This document shows, piece by piece, positions 28,107 to 39,602 of a stretch of 64,000 bases of DNA. A program made the translations under genes and the position numbers. Origin of the DNA: a virus; IMG/VR virus record IMGVR_UViG_3300013005_000002, positions 1-64,000 of that record; one strand, given 5' to 3'. Numbering within the stretch: the stretch's first letter is position 1; every line of letters begins with the position of its first letter. The notes beneath the pieces were generated by a model that was not told where the DNA came from, made no database searches, and saw only the letters and a program-made list of their open reading frames with translations.

Positions 28107-30449
28107 ATGAAATTGCTAGATGTAAAATTATTGGAAAGTGTTAATGGGACGTATGACCAAACGAGAACCACAACTCAAGGTCGTGTAACCCAGAGAACAA
28201 TTGACTCCAAGCCAGTGCTGGGACCATCACCCACTCGATTTCTTGATGTGTTTTCTGATACTGCTGGCGCATTCACACCTACGACCACATTGTTTGCGAC
28301 TGATAATGGACGAATCTTTATGATCGGTGCCATTGCCGCTGGTGCCATTCCTGTTGTTTGTTATGAAATCAACCAAACTACAGGCGTTCATACCTATGTT
28401 GGTCGTATCAATATTTCTGTTCCTTCATCCCCTGCGATTGTTCACACTATTCGTTCGATTAAAGTAATTGATAACGGAACTTCAGGATGGAAAATTTACA
28501 TTATTGCGACCGGTACTTTATTAGTCGGTGGATCAGGTGTATTGCTTGCGAACAACATTGCACGAGCGGATTTTTCGCAGGTTTCTCCACCCGTCATTCC
28601 ATTTGCAACAGGTAACAACCAAAAAGCTGTTTATCAGCTTGGGAAACTTGCATCATTAAATTCAAGATCAATGACTATTACTCTGGGAACTCCAGTAAAA
28701 TTTAACTTTGTTGGTCATGGTTTTCAAAACAACGATCAAGTCTATTTTACATCGCAAGTTGGTTCTGCTTGGACAACTTCAACATTCGCAATTAACGTTA
28801 AGTATTTCGTGAGAAATGCCTCCGCCAATGACTTTGAACTGTCAGCTTCATTTAACGGCGCTTCAATTGGCGCTGCTGCTGGTCCAACTTCTGTTGTCAT
28901 GCAACCACTAAATCAAGAGATTGATGCCTTTGGTGCTATCATCGACGTTGCAGCAAACAGGCTTTATACGCACGTAGGAACAGCCGCCAATCCACAATAC
29001 TTTGTACGAGACACATCGGTTGCGCCAACTTATTCAACTCAGACAGCGGCTATTGTGGCTGGAACTCCAGGAAAAATCCAAATCAATGCTCATGGATTAA
29101 CTGAAAACGAACCAATTAAGTTTTTAGCTGGATCGTTGCCAGTGGCTTTTGCTCTCAATACGACTTATTTTGTTCGTAATTTGACAGTCAATGATTTTGA
29201 ACTCTCTGCAACAGCAGGCGGTGCTTCAATTACCGTTGTTGGTAGCGCAACAGGCGTAACAGTCGGCAAGTCTTTTGGTTACACTGACTCTCAGTGGTTA
29301 CATCAAACAAGCATCATGCCAGCTATAACTGGTACTCTACTTGCCTCAACTGACGTTGAAGCAATTGCTACACCCGTAAATGCTCCACTCAACGGACCAC
29401 TTCTTAATGGTCAAAAATGTGCTTTCTTTGCGACATCTTCAAACCTTTACCTCGGAAGACTTGACGAGCTTACTGCTGGTGCAACCACATGGCCTTCATT
29501 GACCACGTCTAATATGCTAGGACTGCCTTCTCAGATTGTTACTCCGATTGTGTTAAGTGCCTCATGGTCAGATTCTCTTGATCATGCCATTGTGTTGATT
29601 GGTCAAACCTCAACTAACGCATATAGGTTTATGCTTAAGAAGGTTGAAAATAATAAATTAACAGCTCTTTTTGGTGATATGTGTATGGATTTTTATGAAA
29701 CAACTACTAGAGAGGCATATGAGCTAAGACCAGCATTGCAATATATTAACTTCACAAATCACGCAGGTTGGTTGTTTGCTCTATCTTCAGCAGTAGGACA
29801 AAGAGGTGTTTTTGCAGCAGATTTAAGATCGGATACACTTGCAGATCAAAGTTATATTGTTTCTAAAGTCGTAGATTTTCCAGACAATGCTGTTTTAAAA
29901 AACATTCAAGTTATGAAAGAGCTTGTAAAAACTGGAGGAGAGGTTAAAGTTGAATATAGAACCAGTGGATTTGCTTCTATTTCAGGAGGTTGGTTAGAAT
30001 TAGACCCTGATCAGGAGCTGTCTATTCCTGTAGCAGATAAAATTCAATTTAAATTATCATTTAAAACTTTTTCTTTTGACAGAACTAGCCATGTTCAGAT
30101 TTCTGATATTTTTATTGGGTATGAAGCACAGGAAGATTTATCTGATAACTGGGAATATAGCTACGATGACTCTTCTTCTGGTTCTCCAACTCGTATTGGG
30201 TTCCGTTTAAAACAAACATATGTAACGTCTGTGCCGTCTACACTTAAGTTTCAAGCAGCCGATCTTAGTGGATTAATTCTTGTAAGTCAAACAATTACAA
30301 CAAATCCTTCTAATTTCCAGTATTCTACAGATGGTGGAACAACATGGATTGCTCTTGGAACAATTCCAAACACAGTTGGAACGCTTGTAAGATACACATT
30401 TACAAGTCCTCCAGGAACAGATATTCGTCCGAGTTTAAAGGATAGCTAA
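28107..30449 (+). CDS. Tail fibre/receptor-binding-like structural protein
   Basis: Beta-rich; 2x HG..N...F....YFVRN....FELSA..G repeat. Confidence 0.65.
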   Translation: MKLLDVKLLESVNGTYDQTRTTTQGRVTQRTIDSKPVLGPSPTRFLDVFSDTAGAFTPTTTLFATDNGRIFMIGAIAAGAIPVVCYEINQTTGVHTYVGRINISVPSSPAIVHTIRSIKVIDNGTSGWKIYIIATGTLLVGGSGVLLANNIARADFSQVSPPVIPFATGNNQKAVYQLGKLASLNSRSMTITLGTPVKFNFVGHGFQNNDQVYFTSQVGSAWTTSTFAINVKYFVRNASANDFELSASFNGASIGAAAGPTSVVMQPLNQEIDAFGAIIDVAANRLYTHVGTAANPQYFVRDTSVAPTYSTQTAAIVAGTPGKIQINAHGLTENEPIKFLAGSLPVAFALNTTYFVRNLTVNDFELSATAGGASITVVGSATGVTVGKSFGYTDSQWLHQTSIMPAITGTLLASTDVEAIATPVNAPLNGPLLNGQKCAFFATSSNLYLGRLDELTAGATTWPSLTTSNMLGLPSQIVTPIVLSASWSDSLDHAIVLIGQTSTNAYRFMLKKVENNKLTALFGDMCMDFYETTTREAYELRPALQYINFTNHAGWLFALSSAVGQRGVFAADLRSDTLADQSYIVSKVVDFPDNAVLKNIQVMKELVKTGGEVKVEYRTSGFASISGGWLELDPDQELSIPVADKIQFKLSFKTFSFDRTSHVQISDIFIGYEAQEDLSDNWEYSYDDSSSGSPTRIGFRLKQTYVTSVPSTLKFQAADLSGLILVSQTITTNPSNFQYSTDGGTTWIALGTIPNTVGTLVRYTFTSPPGTDIRPSLKDS

Positions 30450-31537
30450 TGTCTAATTTACTTTTTGCCGGGGGGGCTATCGTACAAGGTACAACCCTTG
30501 GTGCTATATTTGGTAACCAGCTTGTGACAGGAGGAGCGTTTCAGCCCTCCTCACAGGCTTGTATTGTAGATCTAACTCCACCCATTTTTGGAGGAATTAC
30601 CTTTCTTACTAGAGGGGCTTTAGGTCAACTTAGAGCGTCTTGGGCAGCAGCTACCGATCTATCGTCTCCTATCAAATACGAAGTTTATGTACAAGCAGAA
30701 ACAAGTTTAAATTTATTTAATGTTGTAAATATTGCATTTATTACTCCTAACTTACAAGCAGATATATTTTCTTTAGCTAATGGAACTCTTTTGCTATCTG
30801 GAGTTAGATATTATGTTGGAGTTAGAGCGGTAGATTCTATTGGCAATAGAGATAACAATACAATAAATTTCTTTCAAACAACTCCTGGGATTACCGGAGC
30901 AACAAATGCAGAAATCAATGGAGTATTTGCAGTAAATACAAACAATCAACTTATTGCTAGTTTTTGGGTTAATGATAATGATGGCGTTATAAATAATCCT
31001 AGTAGATTAGGGTTAGCTAGTTATGTAATTTACGATCAAAACGGTAATCTTGTGCCTAGCATGGCTCAAAATAATATTACAGCAGACGCTGAGGGATTTT
31101 ACGAAATTACTCCTGTAAATTCTGTTTTAAGTTTAGATAATACATTTTACACAGTTAAAGTAACTATTTATGTTGATGGTATTGCTATTGTTTATAATCT
31201 ACCAATCAGCTATGCTGAAGCTGGTCAGCAATATGAACCAAGAGCAGTGTTCTCTATTGATGCAGCAAATCAGTTACAAGCTACTATTTGGATTACTAAA
31301 AATGGAGAACAGATTAGTAGTAATTTAGGAACTGCTTCTTACGCAGTTTATAACAAAGAAGGAACAGCTTTAGGAATATCTCAATCGGGAATTATTGCAG
31401 ACGTTAATGGTCTATATAAAACAACTCCAGTATTAGCAACAGCTTTAACAGACTTGACGCATTATACTGTACTATTTAACATAACAGCAGATGGTGCAGT
31501 AAGAAAAGGCGCAATTGGTATCACGGTGGCCGACTAA
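30449..31537 (+). CDS. Structural protein with FN3-like and duplicated C-terminal domains
   Basis: DLTPP.FGG, W.AATD, YYVGVRAVD..GN; 2x VF.....NQL.A..W. Confidence 0.6.
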   Translation: MSNLLFAGGAIVQGTTLGAIFGNQLVTGGAFQPSSQACIVDLTPPIFGGITFLTRGALGQLRASWAAATDLSSPIKYEVYVQAETSLNLFNVVNIAFITPNLQADIFSLANGTLLLSGVRYYVGVRAVDSIGNRDNNTINFFQTTPGITGATNAEINGVFAVNTNNQLIASFWVNDNDGVINNPSRLGLASYVIYDQNGNLVPSMAQNNITADAEGFYEITPVNSVLSLDNTFYTVKVTIYVDGIAIVYNLPISYAEAGQQYEPRAVFSIDAANQLQATIWITKNGEQISSNLGTASYAVYNKEGTALGISQSGIIADVNGLYKTTPVLATALTDLTHYTVLFNITADGAVRKGAIGITVAD

Positions 31538-32082
31538 TGGCTAGTAGAAGAGTAATGATGCTTACTAATAATGAATATATACAACCACTTAAGTTGTCAT
31601 TTAATAATAAAAAAGTTATTACACCAAATGCTGCATATAATTCTATTATAACAAAAATTAGTTTTGAAAGACCACAAAATAAAGAGTATCGAGTAAAAGC
31701 CTGGTTGCGATTTAATTCAAACACATTTAATGGTGTACAAATGGTAGGCTCTCTTTTTAGAGGTAAAACGGCTAAAACAATTGCTAGTTGTACATTTAAA
31801 ATATACTCAATAGATGTTACTGATAATTGGACAGAAACTTTGCTTGTAACAACATCAGGAACAGCAGTTAATCAAAATAAGTTTACAGCAAGTTCACCTG
31901 AGTCGGCTTTGGCTCCTGCATTTCTGACTGGTGAATTAACTTATAAAATGGAAGTTGAAATTACAAGATTTAGTAAAACTTATTCTGATATATTTTATTT
32001 TAATCACTTGGGTATTTACGATAGTTTTATTCGACTTAAAAATGATGTAGAGTTTTTAGATATAACTAAAAAAGATTTATAA
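31537..32082 (+). CDS. Hypothetical structural protein
   Basis: ORF track; coupled. Confidence 0.6.
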   Translation: MASRRVMMLTNNEYIQPLKLSFNNKKVITPNAAYNSIITKISFERPQNKEYRVKAWLRFNSNTFNGVQMVGSLFRGKTAKTIASCTFKIYSIDVTDNWTETLLVTTSGTAVNQNKFTASSPESALAPAFLTGELTYKMEVEITRFSKTYSDIFYFNHLGIYDSFIRLKNDVEFLDITKKDL

Positions 32083-32179
32083 GGTAAAAAAATGGCTAGA
32101 ATTACAGCTAAAGAAGCACCTAAAAAATTAACTAAAAAAATATCTATAAAAAGAATTATGGATTTATTGCAGTTTGTAG

Positions 32180-33449
32180 CTATTTGCTATCTAGTTCTGG
32201 AACAGAGCAAGCTCCTCGATAAGATCCTTTTATTGTTTTAAAAAATTCAACAACACAAGGTTTTCTTATTCCTATACAATACATTTTTAGTTCCGAAAAT
32301 CCAGCAATGTCTTCCTTAGACCAAGGAGGACTAACGTTAGTTTTCATTGGTTTACAAGTAGCAGATAATACAGTAAATAATAATAAATTTATCAAAATGT
32401 ATCCTCATATTTTCTAATTTCTTTATTACAATAACAACAATGACTTGTAATTTTTGTTATCCTTTTATTTTTAAAAGAATAAAAATGTATTTCAGTTATT
32501 TTAAATTTATGCTTACATAAATCAAATAAATCTACTAAATTAGTGTAAATTTGTTTTATTTTTTTTATCATTACTATCTTCTATTGATTCAATTTTTTCT
32601 ACTTCCATGCCAGTACTTTCTACGGCATCCATAACGAATTGTTCTGTTCCAACGATAAGACCATGCACGTTGTCTTCTTCAGATTCAACAATAGGAATAC
32701 CAATAATCCACCCAAGCTCTTCTACAATTTCAGTTAAAGCTTGAATTAATTCTTGTTGACGTTCTGTTGATAGTTCAGTTTTCAAGCTTTACCTCCTGGT
32801 AAATTACTTCTTCAATATCTCCACTTGTTTTACTAAATGATACGTTTACAAACTTAGTATTTATAATACTAGGATTAACATAATAGCCAGTCATTGACAT
32901 AAAATCAAAAACTTTATTTATATCTGATTCAATAAAAGATCCATCTAATCTTAGAATTTTAATTCTATACGTCATCTTTTAACCTCACTGATTTAGTCAA
33001 TTCTGGAAATTTACTTACAGATTCGGGGTGTACGTGTATTGTTACAAATTCACTTTTTAAATTACTAGCTTTAAGTGTTAGTTTAGATTCATTAGGTTCG
33101 ATGTATATATCTACACTACTCCCTGGACATTTCTTAGTTAAATACTCAGTAATTTCTTTTACATCACTTGCGCTTATTTTAAATCCCATTAAAACTCCAT
33201 TTTATATGTTATTCTTTTATCAACAATTACGCTATACATTGTTCCAAAAAAAGGTATATACTTTTCATACTGTTTAGGTAATATTTCTTTTTGGATTCTT
33301 CTAAAAACTTCTTCTCCTAAAGCATCTACTCCATAAAATTTAGCAACAGCATCAATAGTTTTTTTTTGCATCTGCTCTTCTGTATAAGTTTGAGCATTGC
33401 AAATACTAGTTAAAAGACTTAGGATTAGTAATATTTTCATATATCTCAT
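32180..33449 (-). other. Small hypothetical genes (32180-32395, 32540-32785, 32775-32975, 32965-33189, 33189-33449)
   Basis: ORF track, overlapping junctions. Confidence 0.55.
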
Positions 33450-34764
33450 CTTCTAATAGTACCATAACTGCAAGCTCACTTAAACCACTAAATACTCTAT
33501 CTCCTGTATTTAATTGATTGTATTGGTCTAATTTATCTCCATAAGCAAATTCTGAGTGCTTTAGTAATCCTAGAGGAATTGGAGTTGTATTAGTTTTAAG
33601 TCCAATAGAATTATCATAGGTCCAGGTTAATGGATCTTCTTCATACATATATTCTTTAGCTTCTTCTAAGTACTTAGCGGTAATCATGTCTGGTGCTACT
33701 TCTTTAATTAATCCAACAAAATACAAGTTATACCAGGATTTACTTAAGTTAAAGATATATCTAAGCGCAAATCTATACACAAACTTTTCAACCTTAGTGT
33801 CAGCAAGCTTTAAAAGGATGTAAAGCGCATGAACACAATTGGCATCATTGAAATATCCACGTCTATCTGGTAAATATGCGGTAGGTAATAATGATAACAA
33901 TGAATAACCTTTTTTATAGAAAAGATTCCAATATTCTTTTTCACTGCTTTTGGATTTATTCTTTTTAGCGTTAGTTTTAAGTGCTGCCAGAATTGTTAAA
34001 GCTTGTGCTCCTACAGTTTCTAGTCCAGGTTGAAACATTGCCCGACTGGATTTCATTCTTACTGCCTCTGGTCTTAAACTAGCTTCTTTTAATCGTTTAT
34101 TCCATAGAGTTTTATATGGTTCATCTGGTGGTTCTTGTGCTTCAAGTATAGAATAATCAAACTCTATGATATTACTAACTAATTGGTCATATTTTTCAAG
34201 AAGCAGTTCTTGAGATGAATTTTGTAAATTAGTATCAAGCATAGCTAAAGATAAACCTAAAAGCATATCACCTGATGTAGATTTCATATTAAATATAAAT
34301 TTATTCTCTGTGTAATCCCACTTGTAGCCGCGAGCTAAGTAGTTACCTTGCATACACTGAGTAAGAGCATAATCCATCTGAGCATTTCTTTTGCCTAGTT
34401 TAGACATTAAAAATACATACTGACCATGTCTCAATAGCTGATGGTCCGGACTGTGGTTTGCTCCGTTTAAAACATCAATAAGCTTATTTCTAGGTAAGTA
34501 TAGCTCATAGAATTCATTCTTAAGTACAGGAAGAAATTTAAGGATTTTTTGCATCCGTTGAGTCTTTTGCGTTTTATTTAAACGCCTAGCGACAGGAGGA
34601 CGTTTTTTATATTTAAATTTATTGTATAAAATACCGTAGATGCCTAAACATCCAATAAGTAATAGTTTAATTGGAAGACTAATCCAATGTAAAGTATCTC
34701 TAATAATATTTTTAAATGTATTGGTTTTAACATCAGTAACAATTTCTAAATATTTATTTAACAC
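33406..34764 (-). CDS. Hypothetical 452-aa protein with N-terminal membrane anchor
   Basis: ORF track; AGGAG SD. Confidence 0.7.
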   Translation of the reverse strand: MLNKYLEIVTDVKTNTFKNIIRDTLHWISLPIKLLLIGCLGIYGILYNKFKYKKRPPVARRLNKTQKTQRMQKILKFLPVLKNEFYELYLPRNKLIDVLNGANHSPDHQLLRHGQYVFLMSKLGKRNAQMDYALTQCMQGNYLARGYKWDYTENKFIFNMKSTSGDMLLGLSLAMLDTNLQNSSQELLLEKYDQLVSNIIEFDYSILEAQEPPDEPYKTLWNKRLKEASLRPEAVRMKSSRAMFQPGLETVGAQALTILAALKTNAKKNKSKSSEKEYWNLFYKKGYSLLSLLPTAYLPDRRGYFNDANCVHALYILLKLADTKVEKFVYRFALRYIFNLSKSWYNLYFVGLIKEVAPDMITAKYLEEAKEYMYEEDPLTWTYDNSIGLKTNTTPIPLGLLKHSEFAYGDKLDQYNQLNTGDRVFSGLSELAVMVLLEDEIYENITNPKSFN

Positions 34765-34922
34765 AAATAATCTCCTAAATTAAAAAATTCATCTTCTCTA
34801 AGAATATCTACAGTATCAACTAATTTAGTAGTATATTTAATAAAAAAGTTATCCCTAAAAAATGGGTATTTTTTAGCTAATATACCAGGAGTGTCTACCT
34901 CTATTTTTTGATATCTTTTCAT
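34758..34922 (-). CDS. MKKY-family microprotein, 54 aa
   Basis: MKRYQKIEVDTPGILAKKYPFFRDNFFIKYTTKLVDTVDILREDEFFNLGDYLC; ATGA overlap. Confidence 0.7.
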   Translation of the reverse strand: MKRYQKIEVDTPGILAKKYPFFRDNFFIKYTTKLVDTVDILREDEFFNLGDYLC

Positions 34923-35143
34923 AGTTCCCATAACTTTTCATACCATTTAATTAGCGCGTCTTCTGCTTGATGTTTTTTCTTAGTCTCATTGTAGTACGCG
35001 GCTAAATCCATTTCAAGAGAAAAAAGACATTGCTTAAATAAAGTTTTGTTTCTTCTATTATAAGCTTCAGCCAAAGCGTCTATATCGTTTAATACACTTT
35101 TATTTAATCTAATTTCTTTAAACATATTAGTAGCATAGCACAT
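34919..35143 (-). CDS. Hypothetical protein
   Basis: ORF track. Confidence 0.5.
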   Translation of the reverse strand: MCYATNMFKEIRLNKSVLNDIDALAEAYNRRNKTLFKQCLFSLEMDLAAYYNETKKKHQAEDALIKWYEKLWEL

Positions 35144-35165
35144 CTTGGGTATAAAAGCAAGAAGA

Positions 35166-35177
35166 TTAACAAGTTAG
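35166..35177 (+). promoter_or_regulatory. Late-promoter-like motif
   Basis: TTAACAAGTTAG ahead of the packaging operon. Confidence 0.65.
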
Positions 35178-35281
35178 ACTGTAAACCTTTGATTTCATAC
35201 AAACGGCATAGTGGTGTTTCCACAATATAAATATAGGCCATGACGTACAAATCATTGTTTTTACTAAAGAAAAGGTAATAT

Positions 35282-35569
35282 ATGAATAAGATGAATGAAT
35301 TCTTATCAAAACTACCAGAGATGGCGTTTTTGATTTTTTCAATAAGACTTGCCATATTAGGCGCATCTATTGGTGACGCTTTAGCTCTAATCTCAGTTGT
35401 TGCTTATATTGCATATAAACAATTTATTGAGGCTGGAGTAGTTAAAAAGTCAGACGAAGTTAACATTCGGTTGGAAGAATTAGAAAAATCTATTTCTGCA
35501 TTAAAAATGGACAAAGTGATTCAGAGAGGTCCACAACCAAATGAGCAAAAAACAAAAAGATACTTCTAA
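35282..35569 (+). CDS. Small membrane protein (holin-like candidate)
   Basis: Two hydrophobic segments, M-N-K-M dual start, charged C-terminus. Confidence 0.4.
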   Translation: MNKMNEFLSKLPEMAFLIFSIRLAILGASIGDALALISVVAYIAYKQFIEAGVVKKSDEVNIRLEELEKSISALKMDKVIQRGPQPNEQKTKRYF

Positions 35570-36005
35570 GACAGAAGTAGCAACAATTCATGAACTTGCT
35601 GAAAAATTTGTTCAAACTACAGTTGTAGAAAAATTTGAACAGGACAATGTCTCTTTAGCTCAAGAGATTATTAATTTAAAACAACAATTATCAGAAAAAA
35701 CTAAACATATTCAACACTTAGAAGATATACTAAAACATACAGTATCTTCCTATTCCCCTGTTTTTAATGAAGTAACAGATGAGGAAATGATTGCATTAAA
35801 GCAATTAGAGCGCCTTAAAGAAGCAGCACAAATTAGACCATTAAGTCTAGAAGAAGTGCGCATATACGATTTATTAGTAAAAAATAAAAGATTAGCACAA
35901 GGTAAAGAAACTGGGATTATTGACACAGTTAAATTACCACAAGATAAAAAAGAATTAATTAAAATTGCAGCTAAAAAGATTCAAGTAGTAGACCAAGATG
36001 AATAA
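35541..36005 (+). CDS. Hypothetical protein, possible terminase small subunit
   Basis: Position immediately before TerL only. Confidence 0.4.
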   Translation: MSKKQKDTSKTEVATIHELAEKFVQTTVVEKFEQDNVSLAQEIINLKQQLSEKTKHIQHLEDILKHTVSSYSPVFNEVTDEEMIALKQLERLKEAAQIRPLSLEEVRIYDLLVKNKRLAQGKETGIIDTVKLPQDKKELIKIAAKKIQVVDQDE

Positions 36006-37497
36006 AAAGGGAATCTCTCTTAAAGAAAAAGAGATTCAAAAGAAAGCCAGGGAACAACTCTGGCGTGAAGGTATACTAGAGTGGAAATTACATCCTTCTC
36101 AAAAGGATATGTATGATTTTTTCCACGGTAAAAAAGATAAAACTATAATCTTTAATTGCTCTCGACGGCTAGGTAAATCCTGGCTTTTACTATTGATAGC
36201 AATTGAAGTTTGTCTTAAAAAAAAATCAACAGTTAAATTTGTACTTCCTGAAACTGGATGGGCTAGGAAAGTAATTAAGCCTGTAATGCAAAAAATATTA
36301 GAAGACTGTCCAAATGAATTAATCCCTACGTTTAAAACTCAAGATAACATGTATGTTTTTGCTAATGGCTCAGAAATCCAGTTAGCAGGAACAGATAATG
36401 GTAATTATGAGAAGTTGCGTGGAGGAGATGCCGACCTTTGTCTAGTGGATGAGGCTGGATTTTGCTCTGATCTAAATCACATCATTTCATCCATTCTTAT
36501 TCCTACTACTTTACTTACAAAAGGTAGAATCATTCTTTCCTCTACAACCCCCGACAATCCAAATCATGAATTTATCCAACAGATGAAAATGGCAGCTAGT
36601 GATAAGCGTATGATAGTTAAGACTTTATACGATGGACTTGAAGATAGCAAAAGGTCTGACTCTCCACACATTACCCCAGAGATTATTGAAGAGATTATCT
36701 TAGGTATTCCTGGTGGAGTAGACTCAGATGCATTTAAAACTGAGTTTTTATGTCAACTTATTTCAGATAGCGATAAATCCGTTGTCCCTGAATTTTCTAG
36801 ACATGAAGAGGATGTAGTGTCTGATTGGCGTATGCCTAATTTTTGCGACAAATACGTTTCTATGGATATAGGATTTAAAGACTTAACTGCTGTACTATTT
36901 GCTTATTATGATTTTGAAAATGCAGTCCTTGTAGTCCAAGATGAAGTTATTATAAATGGACCAGAGCTTACCACTAAAAAACTTGCTGATGAAATCCAAA
37001 TAAAAGAATCTAAGCTTTGGACTAGTCCTTTGACTGGTGAGCAGGATAAGCCTTATTTAAGGGTATCAGACAATAACCTTTTAGTTATCAATGACTTAGC
37101 TAAGCTACATGGCATCTATTTTAGCCCTACTGAGAAGCAAAACAAGGACGCAGCTATTAATCAGGTCAGAATGATGATAGACGAGGGTCAAATCAAAATT
37201 AACCCTAAATGTGTTCATTTAATAGACCATATAAAGCTTGCTACGTGGGGACCTAATAAAAAAGATTACGCTAGAGTTAGCGGACATCACTACGATGCCT
37301 TAGACGCTTTTATCTATTTAGTAAGAAACGTGAGCTTTACACACAATCCTTTTCCAAAAGGTTATAGATATCAAGGACTTGGGAGCCGTGATAACGTGTT
37401 TTTTAAGGAATCAGCTTATGAGCCCACCACAGACATAGAAAAACATCTGTCTGAACAATTTAAGCCAAGAACCACATATCGTAGAAAATCCAATTAA
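35998..37497 (+). CDS. terL: Terminase large subunit
   Basis: LHPSQ; SRRLGKS; LRG; LVDEAG; SSTT; SMDIGFKD; HYDALDA. Confidence 0.9.
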   Translation: MNKKGISLKEKEIQKKAREQLWREGILEWKLHPSQKDMYDFFHGKKDKTIIFNCSRRLGKSWLLLLIAIEVCLKKKSTVKFVLPETGWARKVIKPVMQKILEDCPNELIPTFKTQDNMYVFANGSEIQLAGTDNGNYEKLRGGDADLCLVDEAGFCSDLNHIISSILIPTTLLTKGRIILSSTTPDNPNHEFIQQMKMAASDKRMIVKTLYDGLEDSKRSDSPHITPEIIEEIILGIPGGVDSDAFKTEFLCQLISDSDKSVVPEFSRHEEDVVSDWRMPNFCDKYVSMDIGFKDLTAVLFAYYDFENAVLVVQDEVIINGPELTTKKLADEIQIKESKLWTSPLTGEQDKPYLRVSDNNLLVINDLAKLHGIYFSPTEKQNKDAAINQVRMMIDEGQIKINPKCVHLIDHIKLATWGPNKKDYARVSGHHYDALDAFIYLVRNVSFTHNPFPKGYRYQGLGSRDNVFFKESAYEPTTDIEKHLSEQFKPRTTYRRKSN

Positions 37498-37498
37498 T

Positions 37499-37510
37499 TT
37501 AACAAGTTAG
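37499..37510 (+). promoter_or_regulatory. Late-promoter-like motif
   Basis: TTAACAAGTTAG about 23 nt before the portal ATG. Confidence 0.7.
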
Positions 37511-37532
37511 TGTATCCGGGAGAACACAATAA

Positions 37533-39602
37533 ATGTCTGATAATCAATATTTTGCAGCTAAAGACGGTAAAGAAACCGCTAATATTGTTCTTCAAAAAGC
37601 TAATATGTGGTTTAACGGATTAGATGCCAATGGCTATCTTGATCAATTGCGCGCTATGTATGCTGCTTATTATGGAGCTTACTATACCGACAACGGAAAT
37701 GCTAATTCTATTACATTCTCCGGTGAGCAAGGTGAGCTAGTAAATATTGCTGTAAATCATTTAAATAACTTAGCGTTACATATGCTTAACATGATTACAA
37801 GTGTTAGACCTACAATGCAAGCAAGATCTGTAAATACTGATTATAAATCAATGACTCAAACTAAGCTTGCTAATGGAATTCTTGATTACTACATGCGTGA
37901 AAAACGTTTAGAGTATTATATTAAAACTGCCACAGAAATGGCAATAGTTTTAGGTTCTGGATATATCAAAATTGAATGGAATGCTACTAGTGGTGAAGTT
38001 TACGATTATTCAGAAGAAACAGATAATGAAATTTATGAAGGAGATATTGAAGTTTCAAATCTTTCTCCATTTGATGTAATTTTTGACATCAGCAGAGAAG
38101 ACCAAAAACATGACTGGATTCTAACTCGGTCATGGAAAAATAAATATGACATTGCAGCAAAATTTCCCGAACTTGAAGAAAAAATTAAACAACTTGAAAC
38201 TAAAACACAACTATCTAATCTTTATCTTGATTCTTTCTTTGGTGATGATACAGATTTAGTTCCCGTATATGAGTTTTATCATAAAAAAACAGAAAGCATG
38301 CCACAAGGTAGATACTTAATGTTTTGTTCTGATGACGTAGTTCTTATGGATAGTCCTATGCCATACAGAAATTTACCAGTATATAGAATTGCTCCTAGTA
38401 ATATTATGGGTACGCCTTTTGGATATTCTCCGCTTTTTGGTATTTTACCAATACAAGATGCAGTAAATGCTCTTCATTCTACAGTACTTACTAATCAAAC
38501 AGCGTTTGGTGTTCAAAGTGTTGTTGGTCCTAAAGGTGGAGATATTTCTGTTTCTGAACTTTCAAGTGGTCTTACTTACATCGAAGTAGATGAAACTAAG
38601 GGTCAGCTCAGACCTTTAAACTTAACACAAACTCCAGAAGAAATATTTAAATACATGCAAATGCTTGAAAAAGCTATGGAAACTATTTCTGGTGTAAACT
38701 CTGTTGCACGGGGAAATCCAGATCCTAATTTACGTTCTGGTAACGCTCTTGCTCTAGTACAATCTATGACTTTGCAATTTATGTCTGGTCTTCAACAATC
38801 ATACGTTGCGTTAATTGAAGATTTGGGTACTGGTATCATTAACATTCTTAAAGACTACGCTGCAGTTCCTAGAATGGCGGCTATTGTTGGTAAATCTAAT
38901 CGTACATACATGAAAGAGTTTACTGGAGATGATTTATCTTCAATCAACAGAGTTGTTGTTGAGCTTGGTAACGCACTTTCACGTACTACTGCTGGACGTG
39001 TTGAAATGGCAGAACAGTTATTACAAATGGGTTTAATTAAAACTCCACAACAATATTTTTCTGTTATGAACACAGGAAATCTGGATGTTATGACTGAAGA
39101 TGAGCAAGCACAATTATTTTTAGTTAAAGGTGAAAATGAATTTTTAATTGAAGGTAAACCAGTAATTGCAATCTTTACTGATGACCATAATCTTCATATT
39201 AAAGAACATTCTGCAGTTCTTGCTGATCCTGAAATGCGTTTTGACCCTGAATTAGTACAAAGAACTTTGACTCATATTAATGAGCATATTGCTTTACTTA
39301 ATGGTTCAAGTATGGCACCAAAGCCTGAAAGCAATCCAGATTATTTAACTATTAATAATCAACAACCTTTAGCTCCCGTAGGCGGAATGCCAGCAAATCA
39401 ACCGCAACAAAATGTACCAGATGCTAGTATGACAGGACAAGCTATTCCCCAGGCACTTGATGCATCACAACAACTTGATCCTCAAGCTCAACTTAATGTA
39501 AATATTCCTCAACCTGCTCAACCTCCAGCAATAAATGGAATTCCTCAACCGACTACACCAGAACAAGTTTTAGCATCTAGTGGAGGGATTTCTGTTGGAT
39601 AA
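37533..39602 (+). CDS. Portal protein (P22-like)
   Basis: 689 aa after TerL; podovirus portal features; P/Q-rich tail. Confidence 0.85.
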   Translation: MSDNQYFAAKDGKETANIVLQKANMWFNGLDANGYLDQLRAMYAAYYGAYYTDNGNANSITFSGEQGELVNIAVNHLNNLALHMLNMITSVRPTMQARSVNTDYKSMTQTKLANGILDYYMREKRLEYYIKTATEMAIVLGSGYIKIEWNATSGEVYDYSEETDNEIYEGDIEVSNLSPFDVIFDISREDQKHDWILTRSWKNKYDIAAKFPELEEKIKQLETKTQLSNLYLDSFFGDDTDLVPVYEFYHKKTESMPQGRYLMFCSDDVVLMDSPMPYRNLPVYRIAPSNIMGTPFGYSPLFGILPIQDAVNALHSTVLTNQTAFGVQSVVGPKGGDISVSELSSGLTYIEVDETKGQLRPLNLTQTPEEIFKYMQMLEKAMETISGVNSVARGNPDPNLRSGNALALVQSMTLQFMSGLQQSYVALIEDLGTGIINILKDYAAVPRMAAIVGKSNRTYMKEFTGDDLSSINRVVVELGNALSRTTAGRVEMAEQLLQMGLIKTPQQYFSVMNTGNLDVMTEDEQAQLFLVKGENEFLIEGKPVIAIFTDDHNLHIKEHSAVLADPEMRFDPELVQRTLTHINEHIALLNGSSMAPKPESNPDYLTINNQQPLAPVGGMPANQPQQNVPDASMTGQAIPQALDASQQLDPQAQLNVNIPQPAQPPAINGIPQPTTPEQVLASSGGISVG

